A DNA stretch of 64,000 bases from assembly GCA_010015805.1 (NCBI GenBank), contig ML978128.1, forward strand, positions 62,001-126,000, given 5' to 3'. Below are positions 13,129 to 24,545 of this stretch, piece after piece. Every line of letters begins with the position of its first letter. The first letter of the stretch is position 1. The notes under the pieces are model-generated. The model ran no database searches. It saw nothing but the letters and a program-made list of their open reading frames with translations, and was not told where the DNA came from. A program made the position numbers and the translations under genes. Origin of the DNA: Rhizodiscina lignyota. Lineage: Eukaryota.

Positions 13129-13719
13129 CTAAGCTGTATTCTGCTTTCTCTTCTCTTCAACATACCCTTTCAACCCATCCGCGATTCCCTTGTTCATCCT
13201 GGAAAGTTGCTGTCCGATTGCCCACTTGATTACATACGCCATTGGTCCGCTTTGCGTTTCCCAGATCTCATAGACGCACTGATTCTCTCCTTTTCTCGTG
13301 ACCTTCTGTATCTTCTCCGGTAGGAAAATGAACATGGGAATCGACATGGCCTTTCCGCGCCAGCAGATTTCCATTTTCTCATCTGACACGTAGAGCATCT
13401 CGCAAGGAATGTCCATGGTGTCGCCTTTGGGTTCAGGTCGATAGGCAAGCGTGACGATGTCACCTACATTGATGGCGTTCGTGCCAGAGGGCGTCCCGCT
13501 CCGCACGGTGTAGAGGTTCCATTGTGGATAGCTCTGAAAGTCCTTGGCGGCTTCCCAGACTTGCTCTGCGGGAGCATCGATGGTCGCGGAGCCGTAGAAA
13601 GTCCAGACGCCTTTGCCTTCCTCGTGGGATGGCGTCGGGAGGCTTACATACGTGGCGTCAGCGGGGATCTCTCAGGGCAAGCAGCAGGCAGTTGACGCTC
13701 ACATCTTCTCATAAACCAT
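13129..13719 (-). CDS. SRPBCC / polyketide-cyclase-like (START-fold) protein, 2 exons
   Basis: ATG at 13719 (MVYEK), then intron GTGAGC..GCTGAC..AAG, then ..SATIDAPAEQVWEAAKDFQSYPQWN (SRPBCC N-terminal motif), in frame with ORF 13129-13506. Confidence 0.75.
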
Positions 13720-15004
13720 TATATTCCCTTCTCTCTAAAGGTCATAGCTTAAGGAGTCCTTGGGCTATTGAACAATCGAATCCAAAAATCATGCGCCAAA
13801 TAAATGATGCATTTAAAAACTAATAGGTACTTTTGCCATACGAGCGGCCAACCGGCGTCATATGAGGACCCGATTTATGGATCATTCTGAGTGACCGGGC
13901 CCCTGGACTTGGGGAGCTGGTACCTAACCTTGGGTGGCCTAGCCCCTAAGCCGGGGCCAGCCCCTTTGCTACCTCTTCTCTATGTTTAAACTTTAAAATC
14001 GAATTCATACGGAGTACGGAGTAGACTTCGATCTTTCGCGCAATCGACGCATATGCCCTCGGTTTCGAACTACTTAATGAACTCCCTAACGCCTCACGAT
14101 ATGAGTGGTCGACGATGAGAAAGCCTCTGTTCGAGAGAGTTGAACAGCTGGTGTTTCAGCAACATCAATGTTAAACACCCACATTCGAGAAAGTCACAAT
14201 GTCGAGCTATGGTAATTTCTCGTGAGCATATGAGAGCTGCAATAGTGTCTCTTTTCAGCGATTATGAGAAGCTTAGAAGTGCTGAAGGTAACATGGAGCG
14301 GCGCTGTTCGCTCACGGGGAACTAGCTCCTCCATAACCCATTTGGATACCTCATGATTGATGCTCGGAAGTATTATATGAGATCTCGCTTTCCTTGGCTG
14401 ATATCTCCGACGAGTGTGATCAACCCACTTTGCAACACATCGGTCTCTCTCCCAGACGTCCCAGATATCAATTGAAGTCCTCTCGGATCGGTTTGGCTTC
14501 GAACCGGCGCCGATCAATCTTTGTAACCGATGCGGAGTTAACAATCTCACCATAGAGCACTGAATTGAAGCAGATATATTCTATTATGAATACTGCCGGC
14601 CCACTAGGATCCAACTGAATGATTGACCACTTAAATTCCGACCTCGCAAAACTAACCGGAAACAGCGAATTTGTAAGAAAGTTGCTAAAACCGTTCCACG
14701 GACGAGCAAGCAGTTCCTGACGCTTCGCACGATCTCCTGCGCTGGTGCACTACTTATTACTTGCTCGAAGCGGTTCACGCTCTTGAGGATTATTAATGGT
14801 GCGCGCTTCTGCGGAGAAGCTCATGGCACGCGACTTGGCTGTTATTATTAACTAATCTCTCCGGATCGATATATATATGTATATGTTTGGATGCGGAAAC
14901 AAAAAGTCGTGTCTCTCAGATTCTGATATCGCAGTTTTGTTTGAGCCATTTCGATAGTACCTGCCCACAAACGAAATCTTGTGGACTAGTTACTTAGCAA
15001 CATC

Positions 15005-15895
15005 ATGTCCAGCCAAAAGCTAACTGCGATTGTCTTCGGTGCTGGCGCCCGGACAGGACGAGGTATTGCAGATGGCCTTCTCGCCGCGGGCTACAATGTC
15101 ACTGCCGTCTCCCGCAGCATTACGGAAAGTGAAGATCTTGCCAAAGGGGCTCTTAATATTAAAGCCGATCTCAGCGATCTGGCAAGCATCAAAGGTGTAT
15201 TCGAGAAGACCAAGAAGCTGCTCGGAACGCCAAATATCGTCATCCATAACGGTGAGTGCGACATCTCTTTTCACAGACCCAGATTGTTGAAGCTCACGAA
15301 GAACAGCATGGGCGTCAGTAACCCCGAAGGCCGACGACTGGTTCTCACAGGACCTCACTGAGATGCAAAAGGCGTACAACACAAACAGTCTGAGCGTCCT
15401 CGTGGCAGCTCAAGAGGCGGTCGCTGGTTTCGAAACTCTGCCGGCATCTGCACCGCAACTCTTCATCTATGTTGGTAACATGCAAAATGTCAGCGCATTC
15501 CCCAGCCCCGGTTTCGTGGCGCTGGGCATGGGCAAGTCAGCCACATCCTATTTGATTTGGGCCGCCTCGCAAAATTTCGAATCTAAGGGCTACAAGTAAG
15601 TTCCAAAGTCGTTGATGACAGACCTCCTTCCATAAAAAGAAAATGTGCTCGGTTCCATTAGTATACGATATTCGCGGAGTTAATTCTTACTTATATGGGT
15701 TCGGAGCTGATTGTATCCAGGTTCTACTTTGTCGATGAGCGGACCCCTGATGGCGGGGCAGTCTACGGAGACATCGACGCAAAAGCACACACAGAATTGT
15801 TCCTGAGTCTGGCAAAGGGCGACAACACTGTCCCATGGCATGCCACGTTTGTCAAAGGAAAAGGCTATGTGAAGTTTCCGAACTCGATAGTGTAG
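15005..15895 (+). CDS. Short-chain dehydrogenase/reductase, 3 exons (15005-15251, 15307-15595, 15721-15895)
   Basis: IVFGAGARTG Rossmann motif, IVIHNA, LGMGKSA and FYFVDER. Canonical introns 15252-15306 and 15596-15720. Confidence 0.88.
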
Positions 15896-16122
15896 GGCAG
15901 AACTGCAGGTTATATCAATCCGATATAGTTTGATACACGGAATGCTGCATCAGCATAAGATACTTGCAGTGAAACACATCCACATCGGGATACATTGACG
16001 ACCGAAAAGGCGACCTGGAAGTTGCCAGACGAATTAGAGATAGTGGTGTACTCGTCCACTAGTACGGTTATTGAACTTCTACTCGAACACTCCTCGAAAC
16101 ACTGTTAGTACCAGTATTTACC

Positions 16123-16196
16123 TAAGGGCGGTGTTTAAGGGCGGTGTTTAAGGACGGTGTTTAAGGACGGTGTTTAAGCAAGTGTTTGAGGAAGTG
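16123..16196. repeat. 13-bp minisatellite TAAGG(G/A)CGGTGTT x4 plus ~2 degenerate copies
   Basis: Directly visible: taagggcggtgtt taagggcggtgtt taaggacggtgtt taaggacggtgtt taagcaagtgtt tgaggaagtg. Confidence 0.9.
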
Positions 16197-16734
16197 AATG
16201 TTGGTGTCCCTGGTGTGCGGAAAGTATCAAGGAATGCGGAGCATCTTCGGGGCATCTTTGGCGTTTCGGGCGCTGGGGGATTTCTTCGGCTTACGATATG
16301 CTTTTCCGGCAGCAACCTCAAATGATTTCCCTCAAATACCCGCCTTTCTAACCCGAATTCTCCTCTCGCGCACTGACGAGACCTTTAGGCTGCCCCAAAG
16401 TTGCTCAATTCCACGAATGAGGTGGCCGAACTTTCCTCAATACGGTATATGTCGCCGCAGAAGCAGGGTCTTCGATGTCGGTTAGATCGCGTCATGCCGT
16501 TGCTAGTGGATAGTCCAGTGCCACGGTACACGGCAACCATCGAACTTCGAGAACACGAATGATGATGGGCGGAAATGTCCGCTTTTAAATCAAGCGGCTA
16601 AATTTGTACTGACGTTTTAGATTCAAAACCTACAGCTTCCCTTTCGCATCTTCAATCGAGAGAGTCGCATTGCCACAGCCAAGATCCGAGACTACTACCG
16701 AGGTCGGCATTGATAGAGCTCATTGCGTATTTCA

Positions 16735-18009
16735 ATGGCAGAGAAGCAACCCCTATCCTCAGTCCTACCGCCGCTCATCTTCGGCTGCGCAACGTTCAAC
16801 ATACAGTACAATAAAGATCCTTACGCGCTTGATACTGCCGGCCTCGTCCAAGAAGCCTTACAACTCGGCGTCCGCGCGTTCGACACTTCGCCCTACTACG
16901 GCCCTTCCGAAGAGATTCTCGGAGCAGCGCTCGACACTCCCTTCATTCATGAGCATTTCCCCCGAGAAGAATACTTTATCCTCACGAAGGCCGGCAGAGA
17001 AGCCTCGAACGAGTTCAATTATAGCGCAGAATGGATTAGGGAGAGCGTGAAGCGCTCGCTGAAGCGCTTGAAGACGACATATTTAGATGTTGTATACTGT
17101 CACGACTCGGAATTCGTATCTCCGGATGAGGTGTTGGAGGCAGTGCGCGAGCTGCGGAGGATACGAAATGAAGAAGGGACAGTGAAATACGTTGGCGTAT
17201 CCGGCTATCCCATTGAGGTGCTTTGCTCTCTTGCCGAGAGGGTAAAGTCAGAGACAGGAGAACCGTTGGATATCGTCCAGTCGTACGCCAATTTCAACCT
17301 ACAGAACACTAGGCTCGCAACCGAAGGGGTCCCACGCCTTCGAGCGGCAGGAGTTGACGTTGTCCCAAATGCATCGATTCTTGACCTGGGTCTGCTTAGG
17401 CGAGCTGGCTTTGCAGAGGGCGCGGCAGGAGACTGGCATCCGGCGCCTTCTGCGATGAGAAAGGCCATCCGTGAAGCGTCAGATTTCTGCGATGACCATG
17501 GTGAGCTCATCGAGGTGATTGCCATTCGCTTCGCCATCGAATCATGGATTGACGCTGGTGAGAGCGTTGGCTCGCGTGGTGACCCTGCATCAGGCGTCCC
17601 ATTTCAACGTGAATCCAATGAACGCGTCGGCGGCAGGAGGCTAGGAGTCAGCGTGATGGGAGTCAGTTTTGCAAGCGAGCTTAAGAAGACTATGCAGGTC
17701 TGGCGGAGCATTCTTGATGGGTTAGAAGATGGTGCTGAAACTGCGGCAAAGGCGGGAAGATGGAAGAAGGCTCATGAATGGAGCTTGAATAGAAAAAGTG
17801 CGGTCCTGCTGTTGGCGGAGGGTGTGCGTGAGAGGCTCGGGGAATGGGTAGACTGGACTTGGCCCAGTCCTCCGCCAGACTATACCAACGAGCGTAAGAA
17901 AGCGATCAAAGCGAAAACCGCCGATGGCGTCGCCTTACCAACACCAGAGGTTACTCCAGAGCCGTCAAGCCTTGCGTCATCAGAGAAGAAGGATATCCCG
18001 TTGCGATGA
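16735..18009 (+). CDS. Aldo-keto reductase, L-galactose / D-arabinose 1-dehydrogenase (Ara2-like)
   Basis: Single exon with PPLIFGCATF, AFDTSPYYGPSEEILG, LTKAGR, SLKRLKTTYLDVVYCHD and YVGVSGYP. Confidence 0.88.
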   Translation: MAEKQPLSSVLPPLIFGCATFNIQYNKDPYALDTAGLVQEALQLGVRAFDTSPYYGPSEEILGAALDTPFIHEHFPREEYFILTKAGREASNEFNYSAEWIRESVKRSLKRLKTTYLDVVYCHDSEFVSPDEVLEAVRELRRIRNEEGTVKYVGVSGYPIEVLCSLAERVKSETGEPLDIVQSYANFNLQNTRLATEGVPRLRAAGVDVVPNASILDLGLLRRAGFAEGAAGDWHPAPSAMRKAIREASDFCDDHGELIEVIAIRFAIESWIDAGESVGSRGDPASGVPFQRESNERVGGRRLGVSVMGVSFASELKKTMQVWRSILDGLEDGAETAAKAGRWKKAHEWSLNRKSAVLLLAEGVRERLGEWVDWTWPSPPPDYTNERKKAIKAKTADGVALPTPEVTPEPSSLASSEKKDIPLR

Positions 18010-18500
18010 GCATCGTTCTTGCGACAAAGTTTGAAGCATTGGCTCCCAGATGCATCCTTCTTATTATTAGAGAAGCTCTCAAGCGCCCTCCCTCGGAAGT
18101 CGGAAATGTATTCGGAATCAGGTCACGTGCCAACTGGCCTCAGCGATTGTGCATCTTCCATTTTGCCCGAGCCTTTGTGCTCGGTCGTCATGATTGGGAG
18201 ACATCGTGATATATCTTATCAATAGATTGGTCGAGAGCATCCACCCATTAAACATCATTCCCAGTTTTGCTGTTTCCGTAGTAATGGAGGATGGCTAAGT
18301 GGTTCGTTGTACTTTCTTAGTTTGCACAGTCGTTGAATTCTTGGACCGTTGCCATCATCGTCTTAACGACTCCTGCTTATCTTGAGCTTCTATTCTACTT
18401 TCTATCTCCAGCTTGAAATTCAGAACGCTATCACCTCGACTTAAAATAGAACCATCTCAGAATACATCAACTAGGAACGAGCAAATCTCAACGAGTCAGA

Positions 18501-19553
18501 ATGAAGGCTATTGCGATATCAGCTCTTACTGCGCTTGTTCCATCAGCGCTAGCGTCGCCACTGATACTTGCAGCAAAGCCGTATTCTGGCATCATCTTAC
18601 CAGACTGCAGGCTTGATGGAGCCGAAACAGTAGATGGATCAGTATCGTGTCCGGAGGGTACACTTTGCATGCCGTTCGAAATGGGCGGCAACGCGACCCG
18701 TACGGGCTGCATCGTCGATCTGAAATGTGCTGGACCCAACGACGACAGTTGCCCTCAAGGGTACGAATGCATGAATAATCCACGAGGCGTCTGCAAAGTC
18801 CTTGACCCTGAAGGACATAAGCCAAGTTTTGGCCATGGAATCAGCAGAGCGAATGAAAGAATTGATTGCTATGGAGTGTGCGGGCCGCAGAATCACCGTT
18901 TCTTGACTACAAACAGCTGGCAGTCAGCAAAGAGACCTGACGATGTCGACGATGAGACCGCTAGCGATGGCCATCGCGAAGATAGTTTGCTGGATAAAAG
19001 ATCACCCAAGAGCAAGGCTAAGGAAATGAAGGCCAAGCCACGATTCTGGACTGATGGTCTCACCACTCACTACTTCGACCCACGCCACGCTTCAAAGTCG
19101 CCACCACTCCAGGGACAGGATTTGATCCCAAGAATCAAGTGCGCTGGCTCCTCAACTTTGGAGGATGTGCGAAAGTGCCCACAGGGATATCAATGCGGAC
19201 ATTCAGGACATTGTGAAAAGGATGGTCCATTGGACAAGCGAGCACAACGGGATGTGCGGACTACATCCGTCAACAAGGACGCGTACCACGCGGAGAGGCG
19301 AGATGCGGACAATGCAGTCCTAGCGCTCATGCTAACCTTGCATGATAATACGGTGGCACCAAGTTCTACGAGCCCTTCATCAATACTCTCGACCAGATCA
19401 GCAATGCATAACGCCAGGGCAGTTTCGGCACAGAACGGCACGAGCACGATTGGCTCTCCAGCCAGCATATCAAGCAAGCCACAACCGGGGCCGACAATGC
19501 ACGTGCTTTCTACTTCGCAGGACATTGAAACAATTGGCGGAACACTCGTGTGA
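18501..19553 (+). CDS. Secreted Cys-rich protein with repeated CPxGxxC modules and KR sites; the frame stays open past the stop to 19895
   Basis: Signal peptide MKAIAISALTALVPSALA. Modules CPEGTLC, CPQGYEC and CPQGYQC. Two LDKR Kex2-like sites. Confidence 0.75.
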   Translation: MKAIAISALTALVPSALASPLILAAKPYSGIILPDCRLDGAETVDGSVSCPEGTLCMPFEMGGNATRTGCIVDLKCAGPNDDSCPQGYECMNNPRGVCKVLDPEGHKPSFGHGISRANERIDCYGVCGPQNHRFLTTNSWQSAKRPDDVDDETASDGHREDSLLDKRSPKSKAKEMKAKPRFWTDGLTTHYFDPRHASKSPPLQGQDLIPRIKCAGSSTLEDVRKCPQGYQCGHSGHCEKDGPLDKRAQRDVRTTSVNKDAYHAERRDADNAVLALMLTLHDNTVAPSSTSPSSILSTRSAMHNARAVSAQNGTSTIGSPASISSKPQPGPTMHVLSTSQDIETIGGTLV

Positions 19554-20867
19554 CACTACCACTTACCCACTCCGGCCCCAGAGTTCTGGCGGCAGCGTCT
19601 ACCAGCTGACTTCACCTACACCAACAGCAAGCCATCGCCACCATTGCCACTGTACACAATCACGGTACGAAACGAAAAGCCCCAAGATACGGAAGAGGGT
19701 GGAGGCCACGCAGAGATGTGCAATTGGGCAAAGAGCTGTTGGGCGCCTCTGCAATGTGTGGCGCCGATTGGATGGAGGACTGACGACCGCTTCCGCTATG
19801 GATGGTGCAGAAATCTCACGGAATATCCCAACGTCGATCGTCAGGACATCATAGGATACGAGCCTCCTGAGAAGGATTCGACTTCTACTGCTTGAAAGTG
19901 GTCGCCACGAACGTTGGCTCCAGAACCAATGTCGATCGGAGGATTCATGGAGAATGACGGCTATGTGGAACGTGGCGGCCTATAATCGAATGCGAGATAA
20001 CATGAACTGAGTCACATGTGAAATTACGGCGATCCCTTGTTCGAAATGGATCAGATATGAGGATTCGAGACCTGGTTCGCTTGTTGAAGAGAGTCGGAGG
20101 ACGTACTCCGAGCTATGTCGGCGATTGACATTGGAAACCTCCGTGTATGCATGTGTTGTGGCGAGAAAGTATAGACCTCGGATTGAGCTGGGTGGCGGAG
20201 ATGAGATTTAGACGTATAAACGAGAAGAGCGATCGAATTTGGGAGAATGCCATGAAGGAATGTGGCGGGAGTGAGAGATGGGGTCAACACGGTTCGCTCT
20301 GACGCCGGAATCAAATTTCCATCGTCTGTTCTTGGCCTCCTTGGAACAGTGAGCAATCAAAGATTCGAGTACACTTGGTTCCGTCATATTGTCAGCATTT
20401 CATTCCGCGAAGAGAGCGCAGTAAATGATGAAGTATCTCTGTGTGACGGATTGCTGATTGGCCGGGAGTTTGCGGATCACCATTTCCAGCCAATGCACAC
20501 AGAATAACAGAAAACGTTTCAAAACAATTGACTCGTTGAATTAATAGCAATTACTGTAGAATGTAACATGAGATAAGATCTGATATGAACAATTTGAGGG
20601 GGAAAAGTCGTTATTCGTCGTCAATTATTCGTCGGGGCCCGAAATTCGGGTTCGGGGTAGCCACCACCTCAGAACCACATTGTGATACAAGCAAAAAATA
20701 TTTGGGCGTCGCTGGCGGCCTCGTCAGACCAGGCAGTGTATATAAGAGCAAATATGTGACGGTGTTCTGCTGCGATCCCGATCGCGAATGCTGTTGTACT
20801 CCGTCGATTCTGACAATGCCACCGATGCGGGCATCAGAACGAGAGCTGTTGTCAAGGATGTTCTTTA

Positions 20868-21923
20868 TCAAAAGTCCTCTCGTGTCTCAAGCTCTTCAGA
20901 GTGACCAAGCCAGACAACACTTGTTGGGTTCTCCCTCTTGAACTCGGCAATCTGTCGAATGATTGCTCTTGCCTTTTCAGGCTCGACGTGCATAGTTCCT
21001 CGTTCGTCAACTGCGTTGATATCAAAACCCTCGCGGGATGTCACGTACCCAAAAGGCAGCTCCGGATCGTCGAGGAAGTCGTTACTATGCATACAGTCGG
21101 CTGCGAGGAGAATCCATCTCCTGTCTCCGGTTTTCGTCCTGGCGGAGCAGAGAACGGCAAGATTCCCTGCGACATGCCCAGGAGCATCGATAATCCAGAA
21201 CGATCCGTCACCGAAGAAGTCATGAGCATTGGCGAAGGGCCCAAGACGCTGCCATTTCGAAGGGTAGTTTGCCGGGGACGGTAAGTCCCAAAGAGGTAGG
21301 TCGGACATGGTGGCGTCCCAGATCCGTCCATCGTACGGGGAAGACTCGAATTTAGGAAAGCTCTGAGATGTGAGTTCCAGAGTACCTGGACCGCAAAGCA
21401 TCTTCGCTTGGGGGAAGTGCTGGCCTACTGGGAACATATGGTCCCAGTGTGCATGACTGTGATGAGTCGTTAGCCACGGCACCATTAAAGGTAGGTACAG
21501 GCGACACCAGTTACCTTGCAATGACATATTTAACGCTCTTAGGGTCCTCTCGAATCTTTTCCATGTCGTCTAGAGGAGTGTTCGGGGCAGGCTCGAATTT
21601 ATAGAGTCTCTCCGCAACTTCCTGGACAATCGGAGGATAGACATCGACAGTCTGTTGCGACAAGCTTTGTCAGTTTCGAAGACTTGGAACATAGATCGAA
21701 AAAGACGGACAGTTGCAAGTCCCATATCGAACCACAACTTGGTATTTGAAGGTCCGTGAGAGATGAAGAAGCGCCACGACGTCGTCTTGAGCGCATCGCC
21801 CCGCGCTTCCACAACAGTTTCGTGCGGGTATTGCATGCGGCCGGTTTCGAATGCTTTGATCGAGACACAAGCATCTTGATCTGTCGGTTGCGGGATGTAG
21901 ATGAGATGAGAAAGATCTGGCAT
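20868..21923 (-). CDS. Metallo-beta-lactamase-fold hydrolase (lactonase-like), 3 exons (21923-21711, 21651-21515, 21456-20868)
   Basis: The 939-nt spliced CDS has LWFDMG, SHAHWDH (HxHxDH), DFFGDGSFWIIDAPGH, LAADCMH and a C-terminal GH. Confidence 0.88.
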
Positions 21924-24545
21924 ACTTTGGTGGCGAACGGAGGAGTACTATGTTTCGGGCAGGTGGTACGGAGGAGGTGAGGGAGAAGAGGGAAGGTAGA
22001 AGCCTGATGTGCCAAGGTTTTCAGACCGCAAACCACTACTTAAAAATGGGTTCGGGATCAAGCAGGCTCTATGTAAATATCGCGTTCCACATCAAAGTTA
22101 TACAGCGATACGAGACCTTGTTCTTTTACGGCCCAGTCTGTCATACTACTTGATTTGCAATTCCGCAGGCATCTATCCGTGGAAGTCCATCGCGGAACAG
22201 CCGCATGAAGCAAGGGCATTTCCCAAGACCATGGAATCGAGGCGGCCTCTGAGTGGGCTGAGTCCGCTTCCCCACGCTGAGGTGGGGTCTCCAATCCAGA
22301 GAAATTCAAGTGAGGAAACGTGACATGCTGATCACACCGGTGTCTCTTCAACATCGCCGGCCGCCGATCATCGCTCAAGGGCTCTGATGGCAACCCTGCC
22401 GCTATTCTTTCGCTTCGTCTAACGCGGCCTCGGTCTTCGCGACTATGGTCGGGGATAACGAAAAGTCTGGGGTGAATGTTTTGCCGCGCGAGGCGAACGA
22501 ACGAGTAAGTCGACGGCTTGAGGTCAAGATTCCGAGTCGAACTGATAGGTTGACATATGAGGGGCAAGACCGATCGTTGGACAGACAATTTGTGTTTCAG
22601 GCCTTGATCCCTGCGGACCCGAAATCCTGGGGAGAGCTGCCGGGATGTGTTGAGGCTGAAGTGCGCTGGGATGCTGGACCCCTATTTCAACCATGGGAAA
22701 ACGGAGATACATGAAAGTGATCGACAACGGAAGAATACAATAGCTGACTTCGTATGTGTTTACACTTGTCACAAGGCAAAGAACGTGACAGAAACCCAAA
22801 TCTAACGCGATTAGGTGATGAAGTTCAATATGGACGTTCTGGACTCGCATGAATGCTGATCTCGTGATGGAGTCACATAGAACGTAAACATCAACATTGA
22901 TCTGATATGCAAGCTGGAAATAAACGAGATATTCTTGCCTTTGCTGGGGCCAAAAGAGAGCAAAACAGAGCGGAATACTCACACATGTGGCGGTGCCGCC
23001 TTATGAGAGCGGAAGAGTTGCGCAAGGACGTGATATTGTAGATCAGGAGTAGTCCAAGTTCCAAGTATTATGAGTTGCCATCAGAATGGTGATACCGCGG
23101 AGTGTCATAAATGGAAACTGAAAGCCTTCGGAGAAGAGGCCAACCAGTTTTGATATAAATTTGTCACTTTGTCATTTCAGAATGCATGCGCACTCCGCAT
23201 TGAAAGCCGAGGCGCCGTTCCCCTCGACGCTGCCGGGCGTTGAACTAGTTCAGAGACAAGTTGATAGTATCGTGGGAGCCCGAATTAGAGTTTTTGTCAC
23301 GTTCGATATTGAAAACGCGTTGTTTTGTGATTGCCGTTCCTTGAGCATGTCTTTACGGGTACGTGCGTTCGTCGACAGCAAAATTTCATTATGTCTGGAC
23401 CTCCTAACATCTTCAAACGACGAGGCTTGCGGAGCTGTCGAGGCGATCTGTCCTACGAAGTGTCAAAGTCTGTAAGTCCAGAGGTCGATGCTATGGTTGT
23501 TCCAGATACTCAAAGTTTTGAGGTTGGAAGTCCAAGCTTCTCCAGAATGTTTCCGAGTCCTAACCACGAAGCAGTTCTCCAGCAAGCGAAGGAGAGAGAC
23601 GAAGGTATATGGCGAGGCGAGGTTCATCGAAAGTAGCGAAGAACGAAAGGTTCCATAGAAAGAGTAGGATAGCGCTACGATTGCAAACGGCTTGAGAGCG
23701 TTGCCGTCTGGCAGCAGTCCGTCGAGACTGCCAGGTGGGTCGGCGAGGTACGTACAAGGCACTCTCAAGGCAGAAACACAGCTGATATTGATGTATTTGC
23801 TCGCTCTGAATGTTCCATTATCAGAATGGCGGAAGATTCGTTGAATGAACTGAGATTTGGTTTGAGAGATGAGGTCGAGCGTTTCCCGGAGCAGCAGCTG
23901 AAGAAGCAATAGGCCCGAGACACGCGGGAGGGCCGTTGGCTTGGGCTTCGCCCCCTTTGCCCACACTATGCCCTTGTGGGCATTCCTAGCCTTGCAAGAC
24001 TTTCCAAAGTCTCTCAAGCTCCGCAGACTTTTCCACTTTGTCAATTGAGCGATTTACTTGCTGGTAAGCTTGAGTTCAGCCACAAAGCTTGCGCAGTCGA
24101 CGACGAAAGGCCGGAGCGACTCCACATGTCTTCTAAGCCAAGAGAAAGGCACAAGCGCCTACCAGGGGAGCTGTTGCGTTGCTCTGCTATGGCGACGGTC
24201 GCACCCCTTTCCGCATGTGGACGGACGGTTCTTCAGCGTAGCCTCAGGACTCACTGTAGGCAGGCCAACTCGCCAAACACAGGTCACAGCCGCGACGTAA
24301 GTCAGAAGTATAGATGGAGATCATGAAGTCAATCATGCGTTTCAAACTGATATATATCCTGCTTAATTCATCTCCAAGAGTCACAATCACTCTGAATTTC
24401 AAGCTTCAACAGTTTTCTTTGTTAGCAACTCCAGTACTTTGGGCGCACAACTCTCCATCGGCATTCGATTTCAGAGCACGGGACACGATTTCATTGCCGC
24501 CGAATTCCTTGCGAGTCCATTGAAGAAACGCATATCTACAAGACA

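Noticed and set aside
14007..14024. Overlapping TACGGAGTA motif
   Set aside because: A common short intergenic motif in filamentous fungi with nothing specific here.
16123..16174. Possible CRISPR-like or telomeric array
   Set aside because: The units are contiguous with no spacers, the context is eukaryotic, and the unit is not TTAGGG. Treated as a minisatellite.
23331..24326. Several overlapping 80-190-aa ORFs upstream of the OST-alpha gene
   Set aside because: No recognisable domain and no consistent exon structure. They may be relic sequence but cannot be called.
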